A DNA stretch of 58,162 nucleotides, filler included, from Sphacelaria rigidula (GCA_964200075.2; 8 parts of 8 records of this genome joined end to end with filler, not necessarily neighbours in it), one strand, 5' to 3'. Shown: positions 1 through 11,965, counted from the first letter of the whole stretch. Numbers and translations are program-made. The notes: generated by a model from the sequence alone, not told the origin.

Positions 1-55
1 GTGCTGTGGCGGCTCCCTTCCTTTCCGACTGCTATCTCGTCTGTGGTTCGGGCGG

Positions 56-56
<1 letters not shown>

Positions 57-106
<50 letters not shown>
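57..106 (+). repeat. Poly-G tract (50 nt)
   Basis: Homopolymer near the contig end; length may be unreliable. Confidence 0.85.
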
Positions 107-107
<1 letters not shown>

Positions 108-1410
108 AGACGTATTGCTCGGTTTCTTTTGTTGTGGCTATCTTCCCTATCGCGTTACCGCGCTGAAGTACAGTGTTGCGTTTTGTACAAAGATCTTGCT
201 TTTGAGCCGTAGCGTGGAAGGTAAAACGGCTCCGTGGGGGTTGTGGAACGGGGTGTAGTTCCATAGTGTAAGCAGCCGCACGCGATGAAGGAGTCGGGGA
301 GGATTTTTACACGCACCCCCGTTTAGCTTAGTATAGGCGCACATGATTGTAGATATAATGTTATGCTTCGGGGTTGCTGGTGCGCGAGGGTGAAATAGCC
401 TGCTGGTGTAGTAGCTACAGAGTAGATTGCAGCGTTTGAAAATGCGTGCATCTCATTTTTTTGTGGTGGTTAAATGTGCGTTTCTGGAATGAACATGTGC
501 CTCCTGCTACTGCTTGTACAGTGGACGATGTGCTCATCGTTGAGTGTATTTTTCTAATGGAAGCGTTGCTATTATTGTGGCTATAGAGGTGATCATTTGC
601 TCTCTCTGTCTTGGTTGTACATATATATATATAGAGAGACAGAGAAGGAGGAAAACTTGAAGAAAAGGTGTTCGACTTTTCTGTAAGATAGCCTTGCTTT
701 GAAAAAAGAACACTTGTTGCGTTCTTTCTTCAGTACAGCGCACCTACTGAGGGAGCAGTTCCGCCGATGTTCTTTGGTGGTCCTTGCAGACAAGGATGTC
801 CGCATGCTTCCACTAATCTATGAGATTTCCCGCCGTGGTGCTGCTTCCAGTTGTAAAGCTGAAGAACAGGAAAATCAGTGCCCTGTTGTGGGCACGACGG
901 GGGCGTCACGGGCGCAGTGTAATTAATGCACTTACTGTTTCCTCGAAGCGTAAGAAGTGTGTAAGATCGTCCTGTAGAACGCGAATGTGTTGTGTGTGTT
1001 TCTTTATTTTCTTTTCCTTCTCTCTTTTTTTTTTAGTAATAGAAAAACCTGAATTCCGGGGAGGGGGGAAATAAAAAAGAGAGGGAGAGAACAGAACGGG
1101 GTTTGGGGGGGCGAGGGAGAGCAAAAATCCCTCGTGTCTGTTGTATAAGTGCAAACGCTTCTTTGAATCGAGAATGCGAGGGTAAAATTGTAGCATCACG
1201 GAGGGTAATGTTTGAGAAAGAAGTTGGGAGTGAGATAATTTTTCCAATTTTGCGAGGATTCTCGTTGGAATTCGAGGACGGACGGTCGAGGGCGAGGAGG
1301 ACGCCGATCGTTGCCGAATGACTTGCGTCAATTGTGCGGTGATAGCCAAGTGATGGAAATTGTACATCGCCCCTACGTTGCGGTTGGATAGTGCTGAATA
1401 ATCATATAAA

Positions 1411-1700
1411 ACGGCGTTTTCGTGAGATTGAGAGTGAAGGATGCGATTTAGAGTGAAAAGTGGTCAACGAGTGAATTAATCGCTTCAGTTCCAAAATGCC
1501 CCTCCACGAGGCCCGATATGCTTTCTGAAGTAGCTTGCCACTGAGGCCCTTGCTATCCCTGAGTAGGATATCGACGCGTAGCCATACGCACACGCCAGTG
1601 TAATAAGCTAAGAAAAGTACACAGAGAACGAGAAGTTGGTCAAGTTGAAGCGAATTATCAAACCCACTCTCAATCAATGCTCCACCTTTGATCTCACGAG
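1411..1700 (+). repeat. Unclassified dispersed repeat (second copy ~7507-7796)
   Basis: Shared colinear blocks, e.g. GTTTTCGTRAGATTGAGAGT and ATCCCTGAGTAGGRTATCGACGYGTAGCCRTACGCACAC. Confidence 0.7.
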
Positions 1701-2977
1701 AAAGATGTTATAACTTGTTTGAAGGGTAGGGGTGTGAAAATGTGATTTGAAAGAAAAATGGTGTAATGCTCTCTTGCGTCAATTTATGATTGTCACGTCA
1801 GGCAGATATTGCACGTGTATTGTGTACGGAATGAATTAGAGAACGCTCTGTGATGCGGCATGGGTTTCAAACTGCTGTCTCAGTGTTTGTTCATCTTCTT
1901 GTCGTTCCAGAAGAAATAAATGGTGTTGTAATTCGTTTGCTGTGTTTTTGCTCTTCCTCATTTATTTGCCTCTTTGCCGCAGATATTGTAGATCGTACTT
2001 ATTGCGGTTGTTTGTCCTTTTCATGTTGCCGTACAAGTTATTAGTGACGACAACGTGGAGCCGGCGAGTGACATTCACACGCCGTTTGAAATGCTGCATG
2101 TCGTGAACCAGCAATCAGGCAGGCGCCATCAATATCTTTGTAATTTGATGCCCCTCTGCCTGGTGGTTTTAATCTGCCTTCATGTTGGAAGAATTGAAAG
2201 GTGGGGAGGGGGGTCGGAGGTGAGATATGTGGAGCTACCCCAACATCATTATTACCGGAGAGTTTTTGGGCACATACTGCAGCTCAGTGAGGTTCCGGGA
2301 ACGATTGGTTTGAATTGTTTACCTCAGAGGCCAAGCCAGCTTGTAATTATGTACGCAAAGATCCACACACAGGCAGTACATGTGTACGTGTGAGTGTGAT
2401 GTCATACGTTTGGAAATACGTCATTCATAACCATGAAATTTGGATTGTAAATATTTTCAAAAAGGATTTTTATTTTCTCTTCTATTTTCCCCCCTTCAGT
2501 TCGGCACTGTCGAATCGACATGCATACAGTGCATGGCCCGATATAGGGGTGCACTGAATAGCGGAACATCCGGTTGAGCGGCATCAAAATCGCTTGGCAT
2601 CGCTTCGACCCGATGAAGCGGTAGAATAGTGCTATTGAGGGCATATCCCTCAAAAGCGACATTTTGGGGGTGTTTGACTCCAGCAATAGCGACATTCTCC
2701 AATCAGCGGGCCCCCCTTCTCAGCTTGCTCCGTCTCGAAAGGGCTGCATCACGTGGATTATAGGCGAGACGCGGCCGCGTCACATGAACATTACGATGCG
2801 GCGCCCAGTTCGAGGTATTTTTGGCCGAAACTTCGTCAGGATATCCTGGACGAGAGTGCCCACAACAGTGTTCGGGGTGAAGCCGTATTTGTCGACATGT
2901 CACAGAGTTATAGCAGTTTTCCTGTTTTGTTGAATCTTCAACTCGCTCTAACTTCCTGTTTTTTTTTCGTCAGCACC

Positions 2978-3318
2978 CCGGTCGCCCCGGTCGCTTAGTT
3001 GGTAACCTCGAAACCTTCTGACGGTTGGGTCGTGGGTTCGAATCTCGGAGCGATCTGGGTTTTTTTCTCACACAGTGCCGAACCATGGAGAGTGACTTAT
3101 GTCGTGGGTACACAAAATTCGACGTAATGGTCGACGAGGGAAAGGGATGGCTGAATCCCTTTCGCGATGAAAAATAAGGCAAGCACCGCAGAAGGAAGGT
3201 CGAGAACCGAAACAAACAAGTAGAAAAAACTCCTGTCTCAACTTTCCTCCTGTGTGACCCCGGCTGGTGCGCCCATATACACCGAAAGGTGTAGACCGGC
3301 GTCAAGAATAGATGGGAC
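2978..3318 (+). mobile_element. tRNA-derived SINE family A, full-length copy
   Basis: Head GTCGCCCCGGTCGCTTAGTTGGT (A-box-like), AACC-TTCTGAC-GGTT stem-loop, GGTTCGAATC B-box, ~270-bp body shared with three other copies, followed by a (CAG)n(CAA)n tail. Confidence 0.8.
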
Positions 3319-3360
3319 AACAGCAGCAGCAGCAGCAACAACAACAACAACAACAACAAC
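3318..3360 (+). repeat. (CAG)n(CAA)n microsatellite tail of SINE A
   Basis: Direct inspection; abuts the SINE 3' end. Confidence 0.85.
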
Positions 3361-4560
3361 AAAACACCCCCAATAAAGTTGCGCGGGTGATGATAAAATC
3401 GTCGTCTCAAAATTTCAGCGCTACGAAGTCTTCGAATCATCAATCGCATCGCCAGCATTCACTCAAAAATCTCACTCAAAAATCCGTCAGCTGGCCCAGC
3501 TCGTAGCTCATGAGCTGTCTGATGTGTGGAATTTTCCGGGGAACATATTCACGATGGCGTACTTACTACAGCCCAGTGTATCCTGACATAAAATAGATTA
3601 ATTCAGGCCAAAATGCGGATTTTGACGTTGAAAAATATGAGAAACAAGTATTTCTCGCGAAAATCTTCTCGTCTTCACGACGGGAGAGAGCGCTGTGCAG
3701 CTTGAGAATCAGCTCGCTCACCTGGGCCCCTCCCTTGTTTCAACTGCACGCGAGCATTGCGTACATGGAATATTACTTCACAACAATAAAATCTAGACTT
3801 AGATTGGCAGAGCGCGTGGACAAACCAAACGCACAAATCGCATGGAAATATTCACATCGCAGAGGCATTTTCCTGTTTCTACATATACTATACGTGTCAA
3901 CTAAGCAATACAGTATAAGAATATGTGAAAGGCGATTCCTCGACGGACACATGAGGCGATTTTTCCTGTCTGTGGTGGCACCCATATCACCCTCCATATT
4001 TGTGCGCCTCTTACCGCCTTCTGACGAGAAGAGGCTTCCTGTAGAGGTGACAATTTCCGCCGGCTAGCGGTGAGGATCAACCCTACTTTTCACGTATCTT
4101 TTGCGCGTGTTGGGTCCCCACGCCAACAATTTCCACAGAAGACCTCACACACAATTCATATATACACACAACTCAGTCGACTTTGCGTGCACTACTTGCA
4201 CTACTGCTGCTACTCCCAAGCTGCCGTTGTCGCCGGCGAGCATCCCACGCTTCCTGTGCGTTGAAAAGCGGGGTCATGATCACCGCAACAGCCCTAGAAG
4301 CTCTTGTTTCCGCTCCGGTCGGATGCGGAAAAAATGGAACCTGAATTATATTTCAAAAAGGAAAGACGAAAATCGAGATTGCAAAAAAAAAGAAAGCGAG
4401 GACTATCGTGGGCATACATACGTACACATATCGTTAAAAACAAAAAAAGAGACGATAAGTTCTGATCCCCCGTATCAGGAAAAAAGAATTGTACAGGAAG
4501 CAAGACATGCTTGCTCCCACGTCCAGGAGTATCTCAACATTTTGTCATGTACACCCAGAA

Positions 4561-4948
4561 AGTGTGAGGTCCTGACGCTTCAATCCTTGATATTGCAGGA
4601 AGTTATATCAAATGACTGCACAAACCTGCTGCGCATCCATGGCATCTACAACATCTTACGTACGTCCAAGCAAGTGTGAGAGGCTCTGACGCTTCCACCC
4701 TTTTTCACATTGCAGGAAATTACATTAAATGACTGCACAAACCGGCAGCGCATCCAGAGCATATACTTCACGTACGTTCAGTAAGTGTGAGAGGCTCTGA
4801 CGTGTCCACTTTTTTTACATTGCAGAAAATAATATCAACCTCCCCCCCTTGCGTCTCGAGAGGGATGCGTGGTCAATGGTCAAACGACTAAGGCAAGCAA
4901 CACATGAGAACGCCCCCTGCGAAATAAGCTGCGCATCCAGGGCACACT
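4561..4948 (+). repeat. ~111-bp tandem repeat, 3 units, third unit interrupted by a retroposon fragment
   Basis: Units start AGTGTGAG(A)GG..CTGACG at ~4561, ~4673 and ~4784; each contains ATTGCAG.AA and GCGCATCCA. Confidence 0.8.
4839..4916 (+). mobile_element. C-tract-flanked retroposon family R2, 5'-truncated copy
   Basis: CCTCCCCCCCTT-GCGTCTCGAGAGGGATGCGTGGTCAATGGTCAAACGACTAAGGCAAGCAACACATGAGAACGCCCC; about 10 copies in the window. Confidence 0.8.
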
Positions 4949-6914
4949 GAGAGCACGTGAGCATTGTGTACCCACGGCATAGTCGCTCGCTCTGTACTGT
5001 ATCGTCTAGAAATTTGCAGCACCTCCCCATGAATGAAATGTGTTGCCACCAAAGAAAGTTGTGTACTCAACACACCAAGTGCAGTGGTAAGCAATGCAGT
5101 CAGACGAAAACACACATGTACCATTCCTCGTTTATCCTGTACTGTCAATTTTTCAACATAACGTGAGTCTAAACTGGCAAGACCTGAAAATGTTCACCCT
5201 CAGGCGCACGTATGTGCAGGCGCTAGTCGCATAGGCATCAAATTTCATAAGGCCTGTACGAGGAGATTCCTTCAGCGACAAAGATGTGCAACGAAATCCT
5301 TCCGAAAGGTTATGTGAACCGTACAGTGACAAGTGGCATCAGATGCCATATCTCTCTCTCTATATATATATATATACATACCCTGTAGAATCGGAAAAAA
5401 TATATGTGCACCCGGGTGCACCATCGAACTTCGTGTGCACATATAATTTTTGCGCTGTAGAATCAATCAAATAGAACATCATTTACTCGCGTACAATATC
5501 AACCCGCAAAAGTTACTTGTTGACAGTGTACAGTGTACCCCACTGTTGTGGATTTCATGAGGAGTTTACCGCAATTATATATCCAGAGGGACATCCTTTT
5601 CTTTATGGATTATCGGATTCTTGATTTTCTTGCAAAGGCATGGTACAGAGAGAGATCGAATAGGTTCGATTTCTTCATGCTAAGTCGTATTCACGACGCT
5701 CTCGTCTTGAGACTGCAGACTACTAGGTCAGTGTCGCCTCCACACAGGCCTACTATTTATTATAGGGACCCCGACGTGATTGCAGGGGTCTACGATCTTG
5801 TTTTTCCTCAGCTTGTGATAATCGTAGAAGAGTATCATAATGAGACATAGTAAATCACCTGTGTTGAGTCAAGCATACGCTGTAACAGGACACGCGTGCC
5901 AGGAGACACGTAGTGACTCCTGTGGTTTAACTCTGTGTCAATAAGTAACTTGCGGGCTGATATTTTATGCGAGCGAATGATGTTCTATCCGATTGATTCT
6001 ACAGGGTAGATGTACATGTATCATTTCACTTTTTTCAGCACTTTTCCCGAGTTTGCTCTGGCGGCAAGGCATCTCATCATCTCATCACGCGCTTTCTTTT
6101 GCAGTGCACGGAGAAGGCGCAGCGGTACATTACCTTTCAGGTTTGGGTGCCATCTGATACCTGTGGCGCGTGTTCTGGCCAGCGAAAGTCGCCCGCACTG
6201 GCTCTTTTTCGCGGGGTGTCGATACCGAACCACAAAAGCCTTCTCAAGTTCATGAAATACTTCAAGCAGCAGTATGATTGTTGGCGGGATATATCTCCCC
6301 CGTGTTTCTCTTCGTCGGGTTCTCGTTCATTTGGGAGCACGATTACACCGCTTATGCCGCCACGAGAACATGAGAGCAATGCAGTTGAAACCAATTGGAC
6401 ATTGCCTTGGCCTTAGTCAGCAGCAAACACCAGACCGTGCGGTGAGCCTTTGATGAGGCGAACAAGGCACGCACGTGGGCGAACGTGCCCACCGTGGCCC
6501 ACCTGTATTGACCAGCAAAGGGCGGTGCCGAAATCCTTGTGATCATGCAACCCGTAGGATGCACTTGTGAAGGGCAGGCGCAGGGATATCCTTGTGGCAG
6601 GGTTGACAGTATAATGCGTAAGAGGACCGCGTGCTTAGAGGACCGCATCGGAATTTGAATATCCTTATGGTTATGGTTAGGGTTATGGTTAGTGTCGGGG
6701 TTATCGTCAGGGGCGTAGTACCTGCAGGAACTGGCATATGTGGACACGAAGATGCGTTCACTCACATCATGACCTGCTGGGTGGCTCCTGCCCCGGCAAA
6801 CAAGCATTGATCCGTATCGGGTACAATCTGGATGATGTCATTCTACGCGATACCTATCTTGGTATCGCCTGTAGAGGTCCTCACTTCAGGAGGCACGGTC
6901 GTGCAAGCAAGCGC

Positions 6915-7183
6915 TGCTACGAGCTGGCCCAGCCTAGAAACGGATTTAAGCTCCCAAAGCGATATCTCGTCGACACGGACGAGTTGGGTCATGATCCGCG
7001 TATTGTATTGATCGTCTGACCGAGGGGAAGGTGCCCATCTGCTCAAAATTTTGGGTCCATATTTTCTCGTTGATTAAACCCCATGTCTAGTAATTCTTTT
7101 ACCAAAGGGAGATAGCGTCCATACTAAAATCTCTATGAAACCTCCGATCGATGTATTCAGCGGATGACGACGAATTTTGGTGT
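6915..7183. pseudogene. Decayed coding-like segment homologous to 49780-50045 (unclassified element)
   Basis: Colinear nucleotide similarity (TACGAGCTGG.CCA.CCT, TGCCCATCTGCTC, CTCGTTGAT.AAAC.CCATGTC); stops in all frames. Confidence 0.5.
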
Positions 7184-7283
7184 NNNNNNNNNNNNNNNNN
7201 NNNNNNNNNNNNNNNNNNNNNNNNNNNTTAATTAATTAANNNNNNNNNNNNNNNNNNNNNNNNNNNNNNNNNNNNNNNNNNNN
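7184..7283. other. Artificial contig spacer 1
   Basis: 44 N + TTAATTAATTAA (stops in all six frames) + 44 N. Confidence 0.97.
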
Positions 7284-7371
7284 TTTCAAGTAGTAGTGAA
7301 GAACGGTACACCAGAAAAACTCAGAAAAAAGGACTACTACGAATTCTGAAAACTTCTGACGCTGACTACTA
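7284..7371 (-). mobile_element. Terminus of the MITE family seen at 20611-21495
   Basis: Reverse complement matches TAGTAGTCAGC.TCA.AAGTT.TCAGAATTCG and the following ~50 nt. Confidence 0.7.
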
Positions 7372-8988
7372 CACGCACACGACAATGCTACAGGAGAAGA
7401 AAAGCGTTCACACACTGGAGCGTCGGTCGAATGAAAGCGGAAAACATACCTCACTCCCGATCACCGCTAGACTCTCCATCTCATGGATGCATCATTCATT
7501 TTCAACAATGTTTTCGTAAGATTGAGAGTACGATGCGATTGAGCGCGAAAAACGGTCAATTGATGGATATAATAATTTCAGCTACGGAATACCTCTCCAG
7601 GCCTTACAAGGGACCCCACACGCTCTCGGTAGTTTGCTACTGAAGTGTTTGATATCCCTGAGTAGGGTATCGACGTGTAGCCGTACGCACACAGCAGTGG
7701 GCAAATAAAAGCACCCGCAAATGAGGAATTGGTCAAGCTAAAGCGAATAATGAAGCCTCACTCCCGATCAACGACGCTAGACTCTGGATCTCACGCAAAT
7801 GCGCCAGGAATGAAAATGCCGCAATGAGCACTACGCTACCTAATTAGCGCTAACTGGGTTACTCAGTGGTTATTGTGATACCTTCAACACTCGGTAATAC
7901 ATGGTTGGACCGTGTCATCCACCTCCAGTAGCATGACTAGAAGAAAAAATATAAATAGTGAACGGTGAAATTCAAGTAAACAATTGCAATATAAATTCTT
8001 GATAATGAAGAGAGATTTTGCCTCCGCTGGATCATGTAGTATATGATGGCATACGCCCTTTTCTTTTGGCATTCGGGTAAGGCGTGCAAACCCCCAACTC
8101 GCTAGCTGACCAATGTCCACGAAAAAAAACAGATTCATCACGTCACGTCGCCCAGTGAGCACCCGCAGGTGGACACATGGTTCTCACCATAATTCTTCAA
8201 ATAAAATTGGTTTCAACGAAACCCCTCTTGAGCGGTGAGTGTCGACTTCTTGACAAGGACGCGTTCAGTCGTGTAGTTCTTGTTCAGCATCCACTAAAAT
8301 TACACGTTAACTCGCTAGCAAGAATTTCGACATAATACGGCAGGCGTGAGCAAGGGCAGTGAGAGGTCAAGCTAGAACTCCTACTCCAATCCCGCCTACA
8401 ATATTCCATGTGGCGTAGAAGGTACAAGCGGAAGTGTCTGTAGTTTGTTTTCCCGTCCGCTTGGCACTCCGCAACTTCCAGTTCTCGAATCTGCGATAGC
8501 CACACAAAGGCAACACACTATATATACATGAGGTCCATAGTGTTACACAGCAGATATATTGTTCTCATCAGGTGGAAGACATCCAAGCCACACACAAACA
8601 TGAAACCTAATCAAGCACCCACCCCTCTCGTGCAACACGGATCTACAACAACACCACAGCCCTACCGTAAAAGTCTCTACGGCGAAAAACCAAGTCAATC
8701 ATCACCGTGCTCAGTCCGTGGACCACCGTGCAACCGATCCCTGTCACGAAACAATTACAGTCATCCACCTCCACGACGACTCTACTTATTTTTTCATTCA
8801 GATTCTCGAATCTACCACGAAGGACCGAAAAACAAAACAAGTAACAAAATAACGAAAGTATAGATCAAAACGTTTTGACAAGAACAAACTATCGAAAGGG
8901 TGCGTGACGGTACAAAACCGGACATGCAAAGCAGGAAAGAGGCACACCGCAGGAATCACCCCCTCTGCCCCCCTAGCCCCCAACCCCG

Positions 8989-9090
8989 CCTGGTCCGGCG
9001 AAAACTCGGCGTGATCCGTCCCGGCTTTGGAGGGACGCGAGATCAATGGTCATATGACTACGGCATGCAAGATCATTCCCCCCCCCCATT
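8989..9090 (+). mobile_element. Retroposon family R3, 5'-truncated copy between C-runs
   Basis: Matches the 3' third of the copy at 53031-53337. Confidence 0.75.
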
Positions 9091-9500
9091 CCCCCCCTCA
9101 CGTGTTGACCTGCTCACTCACCTACCCCATTCTCCATCCCCACTAGATATTCATCATCGCATCAGATATAAATGGACCCCGTCAGTTCCCGTTGGTCACG
9201 AAAAATGTTACAGTTTATGAAGTGGAGCATTAGTGTATAGGGCTTCCACTCATGACGAAAGAAAGAAACAAGAGAAACAAAAAAAACAAAAAAAAATACA
9301 AGAAAAAAAGAGTGGCATCCTTCATGTATATCCCACCCTGAACAATAGAATGTGAGAAGTGCGCTGCGTGCAGTATCGACCATTGCGTCTATTGCAATAC
9401 ACGATACACTCCATACTGTACGCCGTACACTTTTTGACTGTGTAATTCATTGTCCACGGCGTGATGTATATACTGTTGTGAAAGCTTGCTGGGTGCGTAT

Positions 9501-9620
9501 TTAGCGCTTCCAGCGGTAGACGACCGAAGGCACCTTGTACGGCTCGTCGTCGTCATCGCTGCACGACACTTGCAATTCCACGTAGCTCCGGCCTTCGGGG
9601 ATCACCGCTCCCGCGGACGA
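9501..9620 (-). CDS. UBA1: Ubiquitin-activating enzyme E1, terminal exon (end of the C-terminal ubiquitin-fold domain)
   Basis: ttcaag| SSAGAVIPEGRSYVELQVSCSDDDDEPYKVPSVVYRWKR*; matches the E1 C-terminal pattern LxVxCxDxDxxxVxVPxVxY; phase 0 fits the upstream exon. Confidence 0.85.
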   Translation of the reverse strand, partial: SSAGAVIPEGRSYVELQVSCSDDDDEPYKVPSVVYRWKR

Positions 9621-10371
9621 CTTGAATCACGATTCAAAGTTGTTTTTTGTTTCAAACACCCAATGAAAAAAACAGGATGGGACGAAATGGATTAGAGAGA
9701 GCAAACGGAAGCTTCACTCAGTCAGAAGATTCATTTTCATTCGATAATATATGAAAACAAAAGGATGAAAAACACGAGCCACAGGAAGGAAATAATCATA
9801 CAAGAGGCCGCCGAACGCACAAAACAGCACGAAAGGACAACCTTGTCTTGCAGAGGGATAGCCAGAGAGCCAGAGGGAGACAGAGACAGAGACATACACA
9901 GAGACAGAGAGACCTGGTACTATTACATCAGTCCTTTCCTATTTGATCTCTGCGATTTGTGGTTAGCTTCCGCTGATTATCATTTAAGAAACATCAGCAT
10001 TATTGAAAAGTGCACAACAGCGATCCGCAACCAGGAAAGTAAACGATCTTTTGCGATAGCAGAAAATCTTCCTGAACGCGAGCAAGCACGCACTTTTTTC
10101 CAGCTTCTGGGAACTACAGCTCGCGATCCCCGGGTCCACCCCACCGCCAACGTTCTACAGTTTCACTCGATTGGGCGAAACGTGGAGCATCGTACCACTG
10201 GGAGGCTTTTGAAAAAACACCATAAAAGGAATCCCACAGAACCAGTACAAGAGCAACTGTGCTGCAAGAAAATGAAGGGCACCAGTACAAAAGATGTATC
10301 ATTTCATAGGCTCACCACAAGATGCCCGCATTTGCACCACCAACATCAACAACCAACAACGAAAGGTTTAA

Positions 10372-10485
10372 AGACAGAAGGGTTGCGGGAGTGCTCATTC
10401 ACTGAGCAATGTGCAATTGCAAGGCGTGCACAGTATTTAGGGTTGAACCCTTAAGGTGACGAACCCGTCCCGTTGAGGTGAAGGA
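10372..10485 (+). mobile_element. SINE family B, degraded core and 3' end
   Basis: GGTTGCGGGAGTGCT...TGCAAGGCGTG matches the core at 25083-25155. Confidence 0.45.
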
Positions 10486-10693
10486 GACGAAAGTATGATC
10501 AGCAGTACTTCGTATACATGCATATATTACACGCTACACGATACAAAATAAGACATGTATTGCCCACACATTACGTACAGGCGCCAGGTGTTCAATGTAT
10601 ATTGGACGTACAATATACGGGACAACAGTATGGTCCGTATGAATTGTGCCATCAACATATTGCACATAATGATAGGTAGCATGTACCGTATGA

Positions 10694-11178
10694 GGCCGCT
10701 CCTTTAAACAGACAAAAATACAAATCTGGAAAAGTGTCTTTTTGGAGCTTTCACGTCGTTTTACCGCCCAAAAGAGAGCTGGGCGGAGTTTAACACATTG
10801 GAATGACTTGCTCTACTAGTTGAAGCGGTTCCAGGACATCTTCCCGTTTTCCGGTGGCCGTAGTTTTCATTTTGGTCAAACAAGATTTTTTGTCCAAGAA
10901 GGGTGAAAAACAGTCAAGTCCAGAGAAAATCACCGCCACATCTTCTCTGGACTTGACTGTTTTTTTCTACATTTCTGGGACAAAAATTCTTCTCTGGCCA
11001 AAATAAAAACTGCGGCCACCGGAAAAAGGGAAAGTGTCCCAGAACCGCTTCAACTAGTAAAGCTATTCATTTCAATGTGTGAAACTCCGCCTAGCTCTCT
11101 TTTGGGGCGTAAAACGACGTAAAAGCTCCAAAAAAGCACCCTTCCATCTTTTTTTCATGTCTGTTATAAGGCGTGGCC
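10694..11178. mobile_element. Fold-back MITE, PIF/Harbinger-like
   Basis: The two halves are reverse complements over ~235 bp (e.g. AAACAGTCAAGTCCAGAGAA / TTCTCTGGACTTGACTGTTT); GGCC termini; TGA 3-bp TSD at 10691-10693 and 11179-11181. Confidence 0.8.
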
Positions 11179-11468
11179 TGATACAAGGTTTTCGGCAGCT
11201 TCCGCCTCCACGCTCAGTAAATCGATTCCAAGATACTCGATGAACACATGAAGAGTAGATGGTGTCTTGCTGAATCTCTCTTCGTACAAAAAAAATGGAA
11301 CCCCGGCCTCTCGTGTCGAGGAGGCCCCTCTGCGTATTGGAAAACCTTGCGCAGCAAAACTCGAGTAGAAGAGAGGGCAGCACGTCAAGAAATGTGACGG
11401 TCGGGACAAAACGTGGTACTGAACAACGTGGCGGGTAGGGGAGTGGTGGTTCGTTCCACCCTCCTCTT

Positions 11469-11750
11469 CCTCCCGGAAGGGGTGCGTAGTTAATCGTCAA
11501 ACGACGAAGGCAAGCAACTAATTAGTACGCCCCCCCTCCCCCGCCCCCTTCCGCTACAAAGGGCGAAACAGGGCGGAGATATGATACGTTAAAGGCTTTG
11601 TTCAATGTACTCAATAAAATAATCGTAATCAGCACCGAGTGTTGTAGGTGTCCCTATAAGGAGTCAGGAATAGGAACGATGCTCCGTCTAAAGAGATGTG
11701 CGTCGTCAATGGTCAAACGATCAAGGCAAGCAACAAATCAGTAAGCCCGT
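11469..11750 (+). mobile_element. Two tandem R2-family copies; the second (~11572-11750) is the longest in the window
   Basis: GTCAAACGA..AAGGCAAGCAAC twice, each followed by a C-rich run. Confidence 0.7.
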
Positions 11751-11792
11751 CCCTCCTCTCCCCCTGCCCCCCCGTTCCCGCTGTCGACTCAC

Positions 11793-11876
11793 GTCTTTGT
11801 AGCGCTCCTTAACCCAGTCGGTGAGCATGGTGTCCATGTTGGCGGCGTACAGCTCCTTCAGCCGCGTGCTATACTC
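11793..11876 (-). CDS. UBA1: Ubiquitin-activating enzyme E1, penultimate exon
   Basis: acgcag| EYSTRLKELYAANMDTMLTDWVKERYKD |gtgagt; 84 nt, phase 0/0, GC3-rich codons. Confidence 0.8.
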
Positions 11877-11965
11877 CTGCGTTGAACAATCCAGTCACAG
11901 TGGTGATCACAAGAGCACCAACAACGGCAGTCACAGGCAGGGGCACGACAATATACGAAACCGTT

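Noticed and set aside
1..258. Poly-Gly ORFs (also the poly-Pro/Gly ORFs at 36037-36363 and 52131-52460)
   Set aside because: Translations of G homopolymers next to contig ends or gaps, probably partly low-quality sequence.
2753..2998. SRYFWPKLRQDI resembles the LTR integrase zinc-binding region
   Set aside because: No flanking His/Cys ligands or downstream integrase core; at most an unassignable decayed exon region (2130-2930).
2978..3056. tRNA gene (CTG anticodon loop)
   Set aside because: Imperfect cloverleaf fused to a repeated ~270-bp body in four copies; it is a SINE head.
3312..3506. Poly-Q ORF
   Set aside because: Microsatellite tail of the SINE; no splice or codon support.
6666..6703. 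GGTTAG/GGTTAT telomere-like hexamers
   Set aside because: Short, degenerate and interstitial; no evidence of a chromosome end.
7228..7239. TTAATTAATTAA recurring about every 7283 bp (PacI-like site, apparent long-range periodicity)
   Set aside because: Always centred in 44+44 Ns; an assembly linker, not biology.
9765..10454. 229-aa plus-strand ORF
   Set aside because: Antisense within an E1 intron, includes a GA microsatellite and a SINE remnant, no recognisable motif.
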